NCBI RefSeq assembly: GCF_006345805.1 | Contig: NC_043009.1 | Span: 67,332,001-67,396,000, forward strand | DNA from: Octopus sinensis | Lineage: Eukaryota | DNA: 64,000 nt | Reading direction: 5' to 3' | In this document: one piece after another, positions 1 through 12,759 of the stretch | Layout of the letters: every line of letters starts with the position of its first letter | Numbering within the stretch: the stretch's first letter is position 1 | Made by a program: the position numbers and the translations under genes | Notes under the pieces: generated by a model | Seen by the model: the letters and a program-made list of their open reading frames with translations, nothing else | Database searches by the model: none | What the model was told of the DNA's origin: nothing

Positions 1-2273
1 TAATATTAAATATATTAAATGACTCAATTTGGCTTATTTTGATCTTAACGATCATTTCATTGATGAGTTAGTATTAGTTATAATTAAAAATAACAAACAA
101 CAGCATCAGTAACAAACATTGCCCAACACATAAAAAAAGGAAAAAAAAATAATAATATCCTCCCCCACTCCCCACATATTTGCTGATTCTTAATTAACAT
201 GAATAAATTATGTGTAAAGAAATCCCACATCAGATCAAAACATTTGTTGTTTGCAACAAATTTTGACAAAAAGTAAAGTTTCTTTTTTTTACTTTACTCT
301 AATCGTAACCAAATTCCAATATTCTTAATCTGTTCGATTCTTTTACCTTATTTCATGAGATACCTATTGAAAACAATGCTTGTGACACACAGACACACAC
401 ACACACAGTATTGAAATTGGAGGAGAAATGAAAACCCACTACATCACTCAAAATACATATATCTGTGTTCTTCTTATCTTTGTCTGTTTACAACAACAAC
501 AACAACAAATAAATTACCTTGCTAATGGCTTTTTTTTTGTTGTTTTTACTTGAAAAAATGATCAAGGTTTGAACAGACAAAAACAAATTTTGCTATAATA
601 CATCAAAAGGAGAAATAAAATTAAATCAATGCTAAACACTAATATATGTATGTATATATATGTACGTATATGTATGTATATATGTGTGTGTATATATGTG
701 TATGTATGTATATGTATGTGTATATATATGTGTATATGTTCATCATATATATATATGTGCATGTATGTATATATATATATATATAGTCATATATTCATTA
801 TAAGTTTGTGACAGCTCCAGGTTTTGGAAAATGGTTCCAAGGTTGACCTACCATTTTGACACGTTATTTAAATAACCATTTCTCTAGAGTTTGTTTCCTC
901 CTGTTCTGGAAATATATCCACTTGGAATTAATTTTCTAAATATTTCTCCTTCTTTAACAATAATAAATAATGCAAATATTTTAAACAAATAATATTAATG
1001 ATACACACATATTCTTTCTTTTATCTTAGTAGAAAGAGATAGAAAAACAGCAGACGTATTTGTTCAATTCAACATATGAAGTTGTTTTTTCAGAGTGTTT
1101 TTTTATATATCTGATGTTTCTTTAATATAAAAAGTGTTCATCTGAAAAGGCCACTTATATCATTAAGAAAATTTAAATGAAATTAATTAAAAAAACAAAA
1201 AAACCTCCAAAAACATCCTCAACTAAAACAAAAACCAAAAAACAATAAAATCTCTCAACAAAACCAAAAAAATAAGAAAAAAGATATTAAACGAATAACA
1301 AGTCTGTTAATTAGATTAATGAAATATCTTAATGAATTTTGTAGTTGACTGGGAATATTTTTATTTTCCCCATTTCCATCTTGGCTTTGACATTTTTTAC
1401 TCTCCGAATTGAAGACTTCTGGTGTGACCCTCTTAAATCCTTTCTCCTTGAATCTAAGTCGGAAAGGCACCAGCGAAACCGATAATTGCAAAAATAAAAA
1501 CAACAAAAAAAAAAACCACCAACAACAACAACCACCCACCAAAAATAAGCAATTGGCACCTGGACACATTTTGTTATTCGATCAGTTGTCTGTTACTGTT
1601 CACATTTATTATATCTTTTTTACAACAGAAAAAAAAAAAAAGCAAAACACACAAACAAAACATTCATCATTCGGATTTCAGCATCAGTTGTTTGTTATTT
1701 ATTTTTATTTATTTATTTATGCTCATTAAATATTTGAAATGTTCTAATTCTGGGCTTTTTGGTTTTTTATTCTTTTTCTCTTTTTTTGTTCTTAATGTGT
1801 TGCTTTTGAATCTCTGTCCCTTGGGGCAGGGACGTCTCATCGCTACTATCGATCACTTTGTAGCCCCTACTGATCATCTCCCATTTCTCTTTCTCCCTGT
1901 CCCTTATTAAAGGTCAGTAGCCCTGTAGATCCTCTGGAAGAACCTGCTTTGCACCCTCCCACCATCCTTTAACCCTTCGTTCCCTAGTATAAAGGTTAAA
2001 TGGTACGGAATAGAGACAACTGCCTTTGTTTTGCAACCAAAGAACAAAGAGAGGAGAGTCCTTGTTAAAAAGTGATGATATGATAGGACATACAGTTCTA
2101 TAACTAAGAGATGAGGAATTATTTACATTTGATGGATATTTGTCCTCATCTTGATTGATTCGATTGATTCTAGTTTCAGCTCATGAGCTGTGGCCATGCT
2201 GGGGCACCGCCATCTTGTTTGTTATTAACACGTTTTGGGTGATATACCCTCCAGCCTTCATCACTACACCATA

Positions 2274-3095
2274 TGCCCACAGGCATATGGCGTAGTGTTT
2301 AAGAGCATGGGCTACTAACCCAAGATTCCAAGTTCAATTCCAGGCAGTGACCTGAATAATAATAATAATAATAAATGCCCTGATGCAGTACCAGGCAGTG
2401 GCTCTCATGGCTTCTGATCTTAACTGATTGGAAGTGTTATCATGTACATTGTTTTGTCTTGGTATAAAAGATGGGCTACAGCAAATATTCTGCTCAATAC
2501 CACAGATTTGCTTGTCAGTTGTTTGACCTTAACCATTTGAGCATGTCCCTTGGTGGCTGACGATATGTGCATCTCTGATCACGAGCAGAAGTAGTGGGGG
2601 AGCATCATAGCTGTGTGTTGAAAGGAATTCTTGGAGGTTTGAATAATTCACCTCTGGAAACATGGGTGGTTCATTCAACATCCTTAAACAATCCTTATTC
2701 AGGGACCTTTTGAGTGGGATGGGTTACTCGACCAGAAGAAAATTCTAACTGGGCCCCACCTGCAAGGTCATGCGCTGTTTATCTTGATATGAGATCACTA
2801 TCTCGCGCACATATGGTTGTGATGCATGTGCCTGGTGTACCCTTATCAGACAGGTAGTCATGATGGGTATACTTCGTATATTTTACCCCAGTGTCACTTT
2901 GATGGCATGCACTGCTGTCTCACTCAATAATAATAATAACAACAACATTGAAAAATACCTTAGGAATGAGAACCCAGGTTTGAAATTTCCCCAAGACACC
3001 TGATGAAGGCTGGAGGATATATCAGCTGAAACGTTGTGTTAACAATAAACAAGATGAGGACAAATATCCGTCAAATGTAAATGATGTAAATATTG
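2274..3095 (+). mobile_element. Same hammerhead SINE, interrupted in its AAT linker by a ~550-bp repeat (about 2376-2925)
   Basis: Head 2274-2375 and tail 2930-3095 match the 43.7-44.0 kb copy. Confidence 0.7.
2995..3040 (+). ncRNA. Minimal type I hammerhead ribozyme motif (second copy)
   Basis: gacac-CTGATGA-a-ggctg(gaggatatat)cagct-GAAAC-GTT-gtgtt; basal stem II pair is G-U. Confidence 0.7.
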
Positions 3096-3416
3096 ATAGG
3101 ACACAGTTTTATTGGAAGGGAATCACTTGTGTAAGATGAGGCAGGAGCATGCAGCCAAATGCAGATATATGGACAAAGACAATGGTCAACAAGGAGACAT
3201 TATTGAAGAATGAGCTAGAATAAGACTTGTAGAGAAACTTCATATAAAAGATAAAAGTGAAAGGATTGGACTTGGCATTGATGCTGATTGAAGGTCAATG
3301 GTGAGATGGAATTGCTGGTCAACTGAAGAATGACCGATCCTACTTGGTATGAAAAATAGTGGAACAGAGAAATTAGCCAAAATTTAATAGATGTTATCCG
3401 AAATTAAAAAGAACTA

Positions 3417-4845
3417 CAGTGGGGTGGGGGGTGAATAAATATTCGTACATGTCAAAATTCTTCATTTATTTAATTTCTAATGAACATAAATGGGATATAC
3501 CAATACTATATTTGCATACACATGCATAAACTAAGAATATGCAAAAGAAACTAATAAATTATAGTAACTAATGAATTTATATGCAATCATAAATATTTAG
3601 GGGTGAAAAAAGTATTCGTACAGAATAAATTTGATTTTCTATGCCACCAAATACTGTTAAATACTTCTTTTTTTTTTTTTTACTAGAACTTTCTCATTTG
3701 TTCCAATAATCTTATCAGTTGTCATTTTTAAGTGTCAAAACATTAGCTTCTTCATTCAGCATTGAGACAAGATAAATAGTATTGTAATAATTGCGAAAAG
3801 TAAAGAACTCACAAATTCAGTGAAAATTTTAATTATTGAACAGTGGAAAGCAGGTAAAAGTTACAGGAAAATATCAGAGACCCTTTGTATTCCATTTTCT
3901 ACCATATCTTCATTTATTCAAAGATATAAAGAATCGGGAACTGTTGTAAACAGAATAAGATCCGGTGCACCATGCAAGATTTCTCCTAGATCTTTAAGAA
4001 AAATGAAGTGAAGAATCGAAAAAAAAATGCAATGACCACCAGAAAGGAGTTGCAAGATTTGTTAGCTTCAGAGACTAGTGTTACACTACGAACAATCAGC
4101 AATGAACTTCATAGGAATGAACTGAAGTCACACTCTCCTAGAAAAACTCCGCTGTTGATTAAAGGCATAGAGATGCCATTTAAAATTTGTTTATGAACAT
4201 AAAGATAAATCTGATACATTCTGGGAAAATGTTCTATGGACAGACGAGTCGAAAATTGAATTGTTTGGACGAAATTCGCTTAACCATGTTTGGAGGAAAA
4301 ACACAATTCCTACCGTAAAGTTTGGAGGTGGCAACATCATGGTGTGGGGGTGTTTCTCTGCAAATGGTACTGGCAATTTACATGTGATAGATGGTAGAAT
4401 GAATGCAGAGATGTACCAAAATATTTTGAACAATAATTTATGGGACTTTGTAGAAAAGCTCCAGCTTTGTGAAGGGTGAGTTTTACAACAGGGTAACGAC
4501 CCTAAGCACATGGCGAAGTCTACCAAAAAATGGATTGTCGATCACAACATAAAATTATTACAATGGCCAAGCCAGTCACCTGACTTAAACCCCATTGAAA
4601 ATTTGTGGCGTTATTTGAAAATTAAAATTCATTCAAGAGCCCCAACATGCATTGCAGATTTGAAGAAAATTTGTCAAGAAGAATGGGAAAAAGTTCCTAA
4701 AGAAACATGCGAGTCATTGATTAAGAACTACAAGAAGAGATTGGTTGAAGTGGAACTGAATAATGGTTATGCTACGAAGTATTAAATCAGAATTATCAGT
4801 TATTTATGTTCTGTACGAATACTTTTTTCACCCCTAAATATTTAT
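3417..4845 (+). mobile_element. Tc1/mariner (DD34E-type, IR/DR) transposon relic; transposase pseudogene at about 3790-4785
   Basis: TA|CAGTGGGG left end; [26 protein letters not shown], (D>G)NDPKH, WPSQSPDLNPIENLW; perfect 37-bp inverted match 3589-3625 / 4809-4845; frameshifts and stops. Confidence 0.92.
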
Positions 4846-7390
4846 AATGGTCAGGGATTTAGGGACATCCTAATTGAGAAATTTGATGAGAGGGAGGAGG
4901 AACTACAGACTTGTGACATAGAGGGCAACTGGGAATTCCTGAGGGATAGCTTGCTGAGTGCCACAGACCAAATCTACAGCTGGTGCAAAGTCCCATCCAG
5001 ACCTAGGGTAACGTCGTGGTAGAATGATGCAGTAGACAGGTGCATTAGAGCAAAGAAACAGGCGTAGAAGAGTGGGGGTAGCAGGGAACTCTATCAGATA
5101 GCCAGAAGGGAAACTAGGAGACAAGTATATCTAGCCGAAAAGGGAAGCAGAAAAGAATAAGTTTGCCCATGTTCAGTAATGTGAGGACCAAAGAACTGAA
5201 GTGTTTCAGATTGCAAGTCAGAGTGTGAGAGAAAATCATGATGTCATAGGCAAGATATGTGTCCAGATGGATGATGGTGCACTTGCATTTAATGATTCTT
5301 CAAAGAAAGAGGCTTGGAGATGCCATTATGAAAGACTGCTGAATGTGGAGAATGAATGGGGAGGAGGAGAGTCTGCCAAATGTTGACCCAACTGAGGGAC
5401 CAAATTGACAGTTCCTTGGTAGATAAATTGATTAAGGATATGAAGACAGAGGAAGTCCCCAGCCCATCAGGAATCACTGCTGAGATGCTGAAAATATCCG
5501 GCAGTGTGGGTTATGGTCAAGTCACCTGTATTGTAAATCAGGTGGTTCACGAAGGAGTCATACCTGTTGACTGGTGTCAACTGCTACAAAGATAAAAGTG
5601 ATACCTTAGATAAAAATAATTACAGAGGTAACAAATTGTTGGATCAGGTGATGAAAGTTACAAAAGGTTACAGTCCAACTAATTATAGGGAGAGAGTTAG
5701 CCCAGATGAGATGCAGTTTGGTTTTGTGCCAGGGAGAAGCACCACTGATGCTATATTTCTGGTAAGGCAGGTGCAGGAGGAATACATAGCCAAAGATAAA
5801 CCACGATACTTGCCCTTTGTTGATTAGGAGAAAGACTTTGACAGGGTCCCTTTGATCCCTTATCTGGCAGTCAATGCAGAAACTAGGGATAGGCAAGTGG
5901 TGGGTGAGAGCTGTACAAGCTATGTACAGGGATGCTACCAGTAAGGTGAGGGGTGGCAATGAGTACAGCAAAGAATTCAGGGTACAAGTAGGGGTTCAGC
6001 AAGAATCGATGCTCAGCCCCCTCTTGTTCATCATAGTCTTGTTCAACAGAGGAATTTAAGACAGACTGCCCCTTGGAAGTGCCTCTATACTGATGACCTT
6101 GCTCTTATTGCTGAATCACTACCAGGACTAGAGAAGAAGATCCAGGTATGGAAGGATGGTATAGAATTGAAGGGCCTTAGAGTTAACCAAGCAAAAACCA
6201 AAGTCTTAATAAGTTGGAAGGCAGACAAATCACAAATCCCTTCAGATAGATGGCCCTACTTGATCTGTAGAAAAGGCATAGGTAGAAACTCCATAAGATG
6301 CACCTGATGTAAGCTTTGGACACATAAAAGGTGCAGCAATATCAGAGGAAGGTTAACAAGGAAAATAGCTTTTGTATGTGGAAGATGCACAAGCACAATA
6401 AACGCTGAAAATGTACAGAAAATAGACTCCATCAACTGCCAAGAGGGTAAACTAGAGGTAGTAGATAGCGCTTCCGTTATCTTAGCAGTGGAGGTGGATG
6501 CTCTGAGAGCGTAGCTGTGAATATAAGATTAGGCTTGACAAGAGCTCCCACCCCTGCTGGTAACAAAGGGCTTCTCTCTCAGAGTGAAAGGTAGATTGTA
6601 TGATACCTGTGTATGAACAGTTATGCTACATGGACGTGAAACAAGGGCTGTGACAGCTGAGGACATGTGTAGGCTTGAACGAAATTAAGCCAGTATGCTT
6701 TGCTGGATGTGCAATGTCAGTGTGCATGGTCGACAGAGTGTAAGCATCTTGAGAGAAAAGTTAAGCATAAGAAGCATCAGATGTGGTGTGCAAGAGAGAT
6801 GACTGGTAATGGTCATGTGATGTGTATGGATGAGGAGAGCTATGTAAAGAAGTGCCAATTGCTAAATGTGGAAGGAACTTGTGGTATAGGTAGACCCAGG
6901 AAGATATGGGACAAAGTGGTGAAGCATGATCTTTGAACTTTGAGCCTCACAGAGGCAATGACTCATGACCGAGATCTTTGGCGATGTGCTGTGTTTGAGA
7001 TCTGTCAAGCCAAGTGAAATTGTAGTCATGGCCAATGCTGGTGTCACGTAACTGGTACCTGTGCCGGAAGCACATAAAGAGCACCGTTCGAGCGTAGGGC
7101 CTCACAGAGGCAAAGTGACTGAGTTCCTTTTGAGTGTTGGACCTTATCGAGGCAATGACCGAGACCTTTGGCATTATGTTATGCTTGAGAAGAAGACCCA
7201 TCAAACCAAGCAAAATCGCAGTTGTGGCAGATACTGGTGTCACACAAATGGCACCCGTGTCGGTGGCACGTAAGAGCACTCATTACACTCTCAGAGTGGT
7301 TGGCATTAGGAAGTCCTCCAGCTTACCAGCTCTGGTCAAACCGTCCAACCCATGCCAGTATGGACAACGGATGTTAAATGATGATGATGA
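4846..7390 (+). mobile_element. 5'-truncated, degenerate RTE-clade LINE (RT domain, 3' UTR, (GAT)n tail)
   Basis: Fragments QFGFVPGRSTTDAIF, FVD*EKDFDRVP, WVRAVQAMY, LSPLLFIIV, YTDDLALIAES, GRPRKIW; tail ...ccaacccatgccag...gttaaatgatgatgat. Confidence 0.9.
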
Positions 7391-8606
7391 TATATATATG
7401 TATATATATATATATATATGTATAGTACCTGTAGCAGTGCATTGTAAATGCACCCAGTGTACTCTGTAGGAAGAGCATCCATCCACTGAAAAAACACCAA
7501 AACAAACATGGAGCCCAGGCAGCCTTTCAGCTGGTCATCTCCTGTCAAACCATCCAACCCATACCAGCATGGAAAATTGGAAAATGGATGTTAAATGATG
7601 ATGATGGGTATATCTATTTTCCCTCCTCTCTATTAGGAGGAGGAGGGCCCCCAAGCACTTACACACATGACAGAAACTTCTGCCAACCAAATTCAATCTG
7701 AAGGCTTTGTAGAAGACACTTGCCCAAAGTTCCACACAGCGGGACTGAACCTGAAAGCACGTGGCTGGGAAGCAAGGTTCTTAACCACACAGCCATGCCT
7801 GTATAAAGGGGGGAGGGTAACATAAAGATTAAATTTTGTGGGTTCAAATGACAGTCTTAACCCTGGCCCGTTTACTGCCACCAGAACCCTTCTAAAACAC
7901 CATCACTTCAATTCAGCCCAGTCTACCATGAAAAGATAGACAAGTTTAGACATGGCTGAGCAGCTACAAAGTTTGCTTCAAAATTACAGGATTTCTGGTT
8001 CAATTCCATTGTATGGCACCTTGGGCAAGTTTCTTCTGTTTATAGCTTAAGGCTGACCAATGCTTTACGAGTGAAATTTGTTTGAAAGAAACTGTATAGA
8101 AGGATACTGCAAGTGCATGCGTGTGTGTATGCATGGATGTGTGTGCATGTGTCTGTGTGTGTGCTTATGCATGCAGATGTTGATTTTTGCATATGTCTTC
8201 ATAGCCACCATTTGAACAACAACAGATGTTTGTTTACATTTCCCGTAAACAAGATGTCCCACAGTTTCAAGTAAAACGAAAGCATCTTACTTAAAAAGCA
8301 GAAATTGACAAGGACATCCAGCCATTGGAAGCTGCTGTCTCATTAAGACTCCTCCAACCCAAGCAAGCGTAGAACATCAAATGTAAAGACAATGAACAAT
8401 AGAACATGTAAACTAAGCAACAACTTCAAAAACTATTGATTCTCAATAATGCGCAGTATACACCACCAGTTAAGTGACAGTCCACCAAGAATCCCCTTTT
8501 ATCCTTTTGGGGTCAATTAAATAAAGTACCAGTACTGGAGTCAATGGTATTGACTAAGCCCGCTCCCTAAAACTGCTGGATTTTCGTGTCAAAATCCGAA
8601 ACAGTA

Positions 8607-8995
8607 GGTGCAGGTGTGACTGTGGTAAGTAGCTTGCTTACCAATCACATGGTTGCGGGTTCATTCCCACTATGTGGCACCTTGGGCAAGTGTTTTCTAC
8701 TATAGCCTCAGGCCACCAAAGCCTTGTGAGTGGATTTGGTAGATGGAAACTGAAAGAAGCCCATCGTATATATGTATATGTATATATGTATGTGTGTGTA
8801 TGTGTTTGTCCCCACAACATTGCTTGACAACTGATGCTGGTGTGTTTACGTTCCCCGTAACTTAGCGGTTCGGCAAAAGAGAACCGATAGAATAAGTACT
8901 AGGCATACAAAGAATAAGTCCTGGGGTTGATTTGCTTGACTAAAGGCGATGCTCCAGCATGGCTGCAGTCAAATGACTGAAACAAGTAAAAGACT
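8607..8995 (+). mobile_element. tRNA-derived SINE family A (CORE-like centre, internal TA/TG microsatellite)
   Basis: Head gtggtaagtagcttgc..gggttca.tccc, centre ccttgggcaagtg, tail gactgaaacaagtaaaaga. Further copies at 10050-10442(-), 16975-17355, 22605-22935, 27520-28110 and 56126-56552. Confidence 0.8.
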
Positions 8996-9548
8996 AACAA
9001 GGTGGCAAGCTGGCAGAATCCTTAGAACATCGGACAAATGATCAACACCATTTCTTCCAGCTTCTTACATTCCAAGTTCAAATTCTGGCAAGGCTAACTT
9101 TGCCTTCCCCCATCCTGTTGGGGTCAACAAAATAAGTATCAGCTGAGTGCTTGTGTTGAGGTAATCAACTTCCCCACCCCTCAAAATTGGTGGCCCTGGT
9201 GTCAAGTTTAGAAAGAATTATTAATCAAATGAGAAGCAGATTAGCAGAATCCTTACAGTTCTGTACAAAATGTCTTGCAGTGTTTGTTCTGGCCCTCTAC
9301 ACCCTTACTGAAACCAACCCTGCCCTTTGTCCAGCCAGGGTCAATGAAATAAAACACTTGTCTTGTACTAATGAGGATTTAAATGACTAAAACCAGAAAA
9401 TTTCCGGTCTTTTGTTTGTATTAGAAAATCAGAAAAGAACCATAGAATTTCTTAATCACCATTTTGTTGCTCCCAAAAATTCTTCCAAATTGCAAAAAGT
9501 AAAAATAAAAAAAAAAAATGAAAGAAATGTGAAAAAAATCAAACAAAT

Positions 9549-9918
9549 TTATTTTTTCTTGTGTATTTTCTGTTTTTTATGTTTTACTTCGTGTTTTGAT
9601 TTCTGAGAAGAATGTCTTTTCCTGTGAGATTGTGTTGTGTCTACAGAACCATTCCTGGCATTAGATTCAGGAGAAGAAGAGGGAGACTTTCTGGAGTCTC
9701 TTGGTAAATGTTCAGATTTCCGAGATGAGGAGGCAGGCGAACGATGTCTGCTACGATGATGGCTCGAGTTTGATGTGTGGCGATTCTTATTGCTTGGGAG
9801 GATATTACTTTTGATGACTGCTTCTCTTTGTCTTTGGCGCCGTTTGGAATCGCTGACGATGCTGAGCAGAGTGTTATTGAGGAAGACCTTATTTGCCTGC
9901 GGAATTGGGCATTTGCGC
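9549..9918 (-). CDS. POLR1D: POLR1D-isoform-2-like gene, terminal exon (RKCPIPQANKVFLNNTLLSIV... S/R/H/K-rich tail ...KIHKKK*)
   Basis: tttcag|G CGC AAA TGC; matches human MKCPLASTNKRFLINTI (recalled). TAA at 9551-9549; spliced product 155 aa. This is not the Pol I/III subunit RPAC2. Confidence 0.92.
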
Positions 9919-10443
9919 CTGAAAGTAAAGGGTGAATATAGTTTTGTGTGATGAGAGTAAAATATTTTAGGCTGCAAACTAATTTGTATGGAAGTGAAAT
10001 ATTTATGTAGCTTACATATCTATCTATATATATATACTCTTTTACTCTTTTACTTGTTTCAGTCATTTGACTGCAGCCATGCCGGAGCACCGCCTTTAGT
10101 CGAGCAAATCAACCCCGGGACTTATTCTTTGTAAGCCCAGTACTTATTCTATCGGTCTCTTTTTGCCGAACCGCTAAGTGACAGGGACGTAAACACACCA
10201 GCATCGGTTGTCAAGCAATGCTAGGGGGACAAACACAGACACACAAACATATACACACACATACATATATATATATATACATATATACGACAGGCTTCTT
10301 TCAGTTTCCGTCTACCAAATCCATTCACAAGGCATTGGTCAGCCCGAGGCTATAGCAGAAGACACTTGTCCAAGATGCCACGCAGTGGGACTGAACCCAG
10401 AACTATGTGGTTAGTAAGCAAGCTACTTACCACACAGCCACTA

Positions 10444-10517
<74 letters not shown>

Positions 10518-10537
10518 GACAAAAATAAAGGGTTATA

Positions 10538-11405
10538 CATAAGGGTGGGCTAAAATGTTCCTAGTTTGACTGTGAAGAAGTGATGCTAGAGCTGTGAAAT
10601 CTTGGATGCGTTAATTTCAACTCTTCTTCTTAATAACTGAATTGTTTCTTTTAGGGAAAATAATATCTGACTGTTCAACGAAGACTTCAAAAGTAAGTAG
10701 CAACCTCTGTTGAAAACAGACAAAATTTGGTTATCATGGTGTTATCAAATACCTGCAGAAAAGGGGTTTAGCCCTCAAGAACATTCATGCTAACACGGTT
10801 GCTGCAGTAGGGGATGATGCTCCAACTTTATCAACTGTGCAAAAATGGGCAGCTGAATTTAGGAGAAGGAAGAGAGAGCTTTGAAGATGACCCGAGGTCT
10901 GAACGTCCTGAAATTGCTACACCACATGCTGATAGATGACAGGCAATTAACTATAAATCAAATAACGAATGCTATTAGCATATCCCATGGGAGAGTTGAG
11001 AATATTCTGCACAATGAACTTAGCATGACGAAGGTTTATGCTTGGTGGGTGCCATGTCTTCTAAAACCTGATTAAAAGAGTACCAGGCTGATCACATCAT
11101 GGGAAATCTGACATCGTTTGAGGCAGATCCAGCTGGCCTCAAAGTTTTCTAACCTAGGACGAGTGTTGGTTTCATTACTTTGAGCCAGAGGCAAAGAGAC
11201 AATCCATGCAGTAGCAACACTCCTCACCCGCTCTAAAGAAGATCAAAGTTGTTTGATCTGTAGTGAAGGTGATGGCCTCAGCTTTTTGGGATGCAGGAGG
11301 CTTTGTGTTTATTGACTATCTTCAAAAGGGCCACATCAATCTGCCACTGCTGAGGCAGTTGGAAAAGTCTATCAAGACTAAATGCCCAGAAAAACTGACA
11401 AAAGG
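10538..11405 (+). mobile_element. Mariner (SETMAR-transposase-like) relic
   Basis: TA|cataagggtgggctaaaatgttc end; STVQKWAAEF, EDDPRSERP, WVPCLL, KVMASAFWDAGG; multiple stops. Confidence 0.85.
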
Positions 11406-11779
11406 GGCCACACAGAGTGTACTGGGTGCTTTTTACATGGTACCAGCACTGCTGAGCTTGCCAAGTACCTGCAAAATAAGACTTCCTAACTGAGAAGAAT
11501 AAGAAAGTATGATAGAGAGAGAGGAGGTGTTGTTGTCTTGCTGAAGAGGTGAATGCATGGCTTGCCCACCTGGAAAATGAGAAAGAGAAGAGATGTGAGG
11601 TCCAGGTACAACATGAATATGAGAGAGGTGATTAGAGATACGGAATGAATTGGACACAGAGGATATCAGTTCAATGTCGGGGAAAGTGAAGAAAATAGGG
11701 TAACATAAAAGATTGATGGAAGAGTGGGTGTCAGAAGATGAGTAGCAGGGGGAGGCTTGATAAAGCCTCAATCCTGCTG

Positions 11780-12215
11780 AGATGGGAAAGTCTTCTCAAG
11801 CACAGTATAATACCATTCTTCTCAGTTCCCCGTAATCTCCTCTGAGGTCAGTCTTCACCATTTTGTCCCACATCCTCTTCAATCTACCTCTGCCACATGT
11901 TCCTTCAACATTTAGTCATCAGCATTTCTTTATACAGCTGCCCACATCCATTTGCATCATATAACCATTCCAGATCAGTCTTCGCTCCTGCACACCACAT
12001 CTGATGCCTCTCGTAAGCAACTTTTATATACATTTCTCTGAAGTCTTCTTCGCATGGCCTCTGCATTTACAGCCCAAGTTTCACAGCCATGTAGCATTGC
12101 CATTTGTACACAGACATCATACAACCTGCCTTTCATTCTGAGAAAGAGGCCTTTTGTTATCAATAGAAGTGAAAGTTCACTGAACTTCCTCCAGCCAATT
12201 TTCTACTTTCGGAAC
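11780..12215 (-). mobile_element. RTE LINE RT C-terminal fragment
   Basis: KGRLYDVCVQMAMLHGCETWAV, homologous to about 6590-6950; similar fragments at 17410-17830 and 39040-39440. Confidence 0.8.
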
Positions 12216-12233
12216 ATGCTATGTATGGGTGGG

Positions 12234-12437
12234 AGGTGGTGGTGCTGGAAAGTTCCTGGCTTTGGGAAAAAGAAGTAGAGGAGGATCCGTGAATTAGGAT
12301 TCTATTCAACATATTCCCCTCTCACATTTACAAACTTCAGTTTTTCTAAGCCCTGTAAAAGAACTTGGAAGGTTTGGCCTCCAACCAGGCCTTTCACGAT
12401 ACCCTTAAAGCCAGGAACTTTTCAGCACCCCCTTGTA
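12234..12437. mobile_element. Mariner-derived MITE
   Basis: TIRs ggtgctggaaagttcctggcttt / aaagccaggaacttttcagcacc, ending in TA. Confidence 0.75.
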
Positions 12438-12759
12438 TGTGTGTGTGTGTGTGTGTGTTTGTCTCTCAACACTGTTTGACAACTGGTGTTGGTTTGCTTC
12501 TTGTGTTCCTATAACTTAGCAGTTCAGCAAAAGGGGTTGATGGAATAAGTACCAGATTTTAAAAAGTAAGTCCTGGGGTTGATTCATTTGACTAAATGTT
12601 TCAAGGCAGTGCCCCAGCATGGCCACAGTCTAATGAACAAAACAAGTAAAAAGATAAATGTATCCAATAAATTGGTTGGTAAGACATCGTAATGGTTGAG
12701 TGAATTATTATTTACTCTGGGCCATAAAATAACGTAGGTGCTTTTTGACGTAAAACAAA

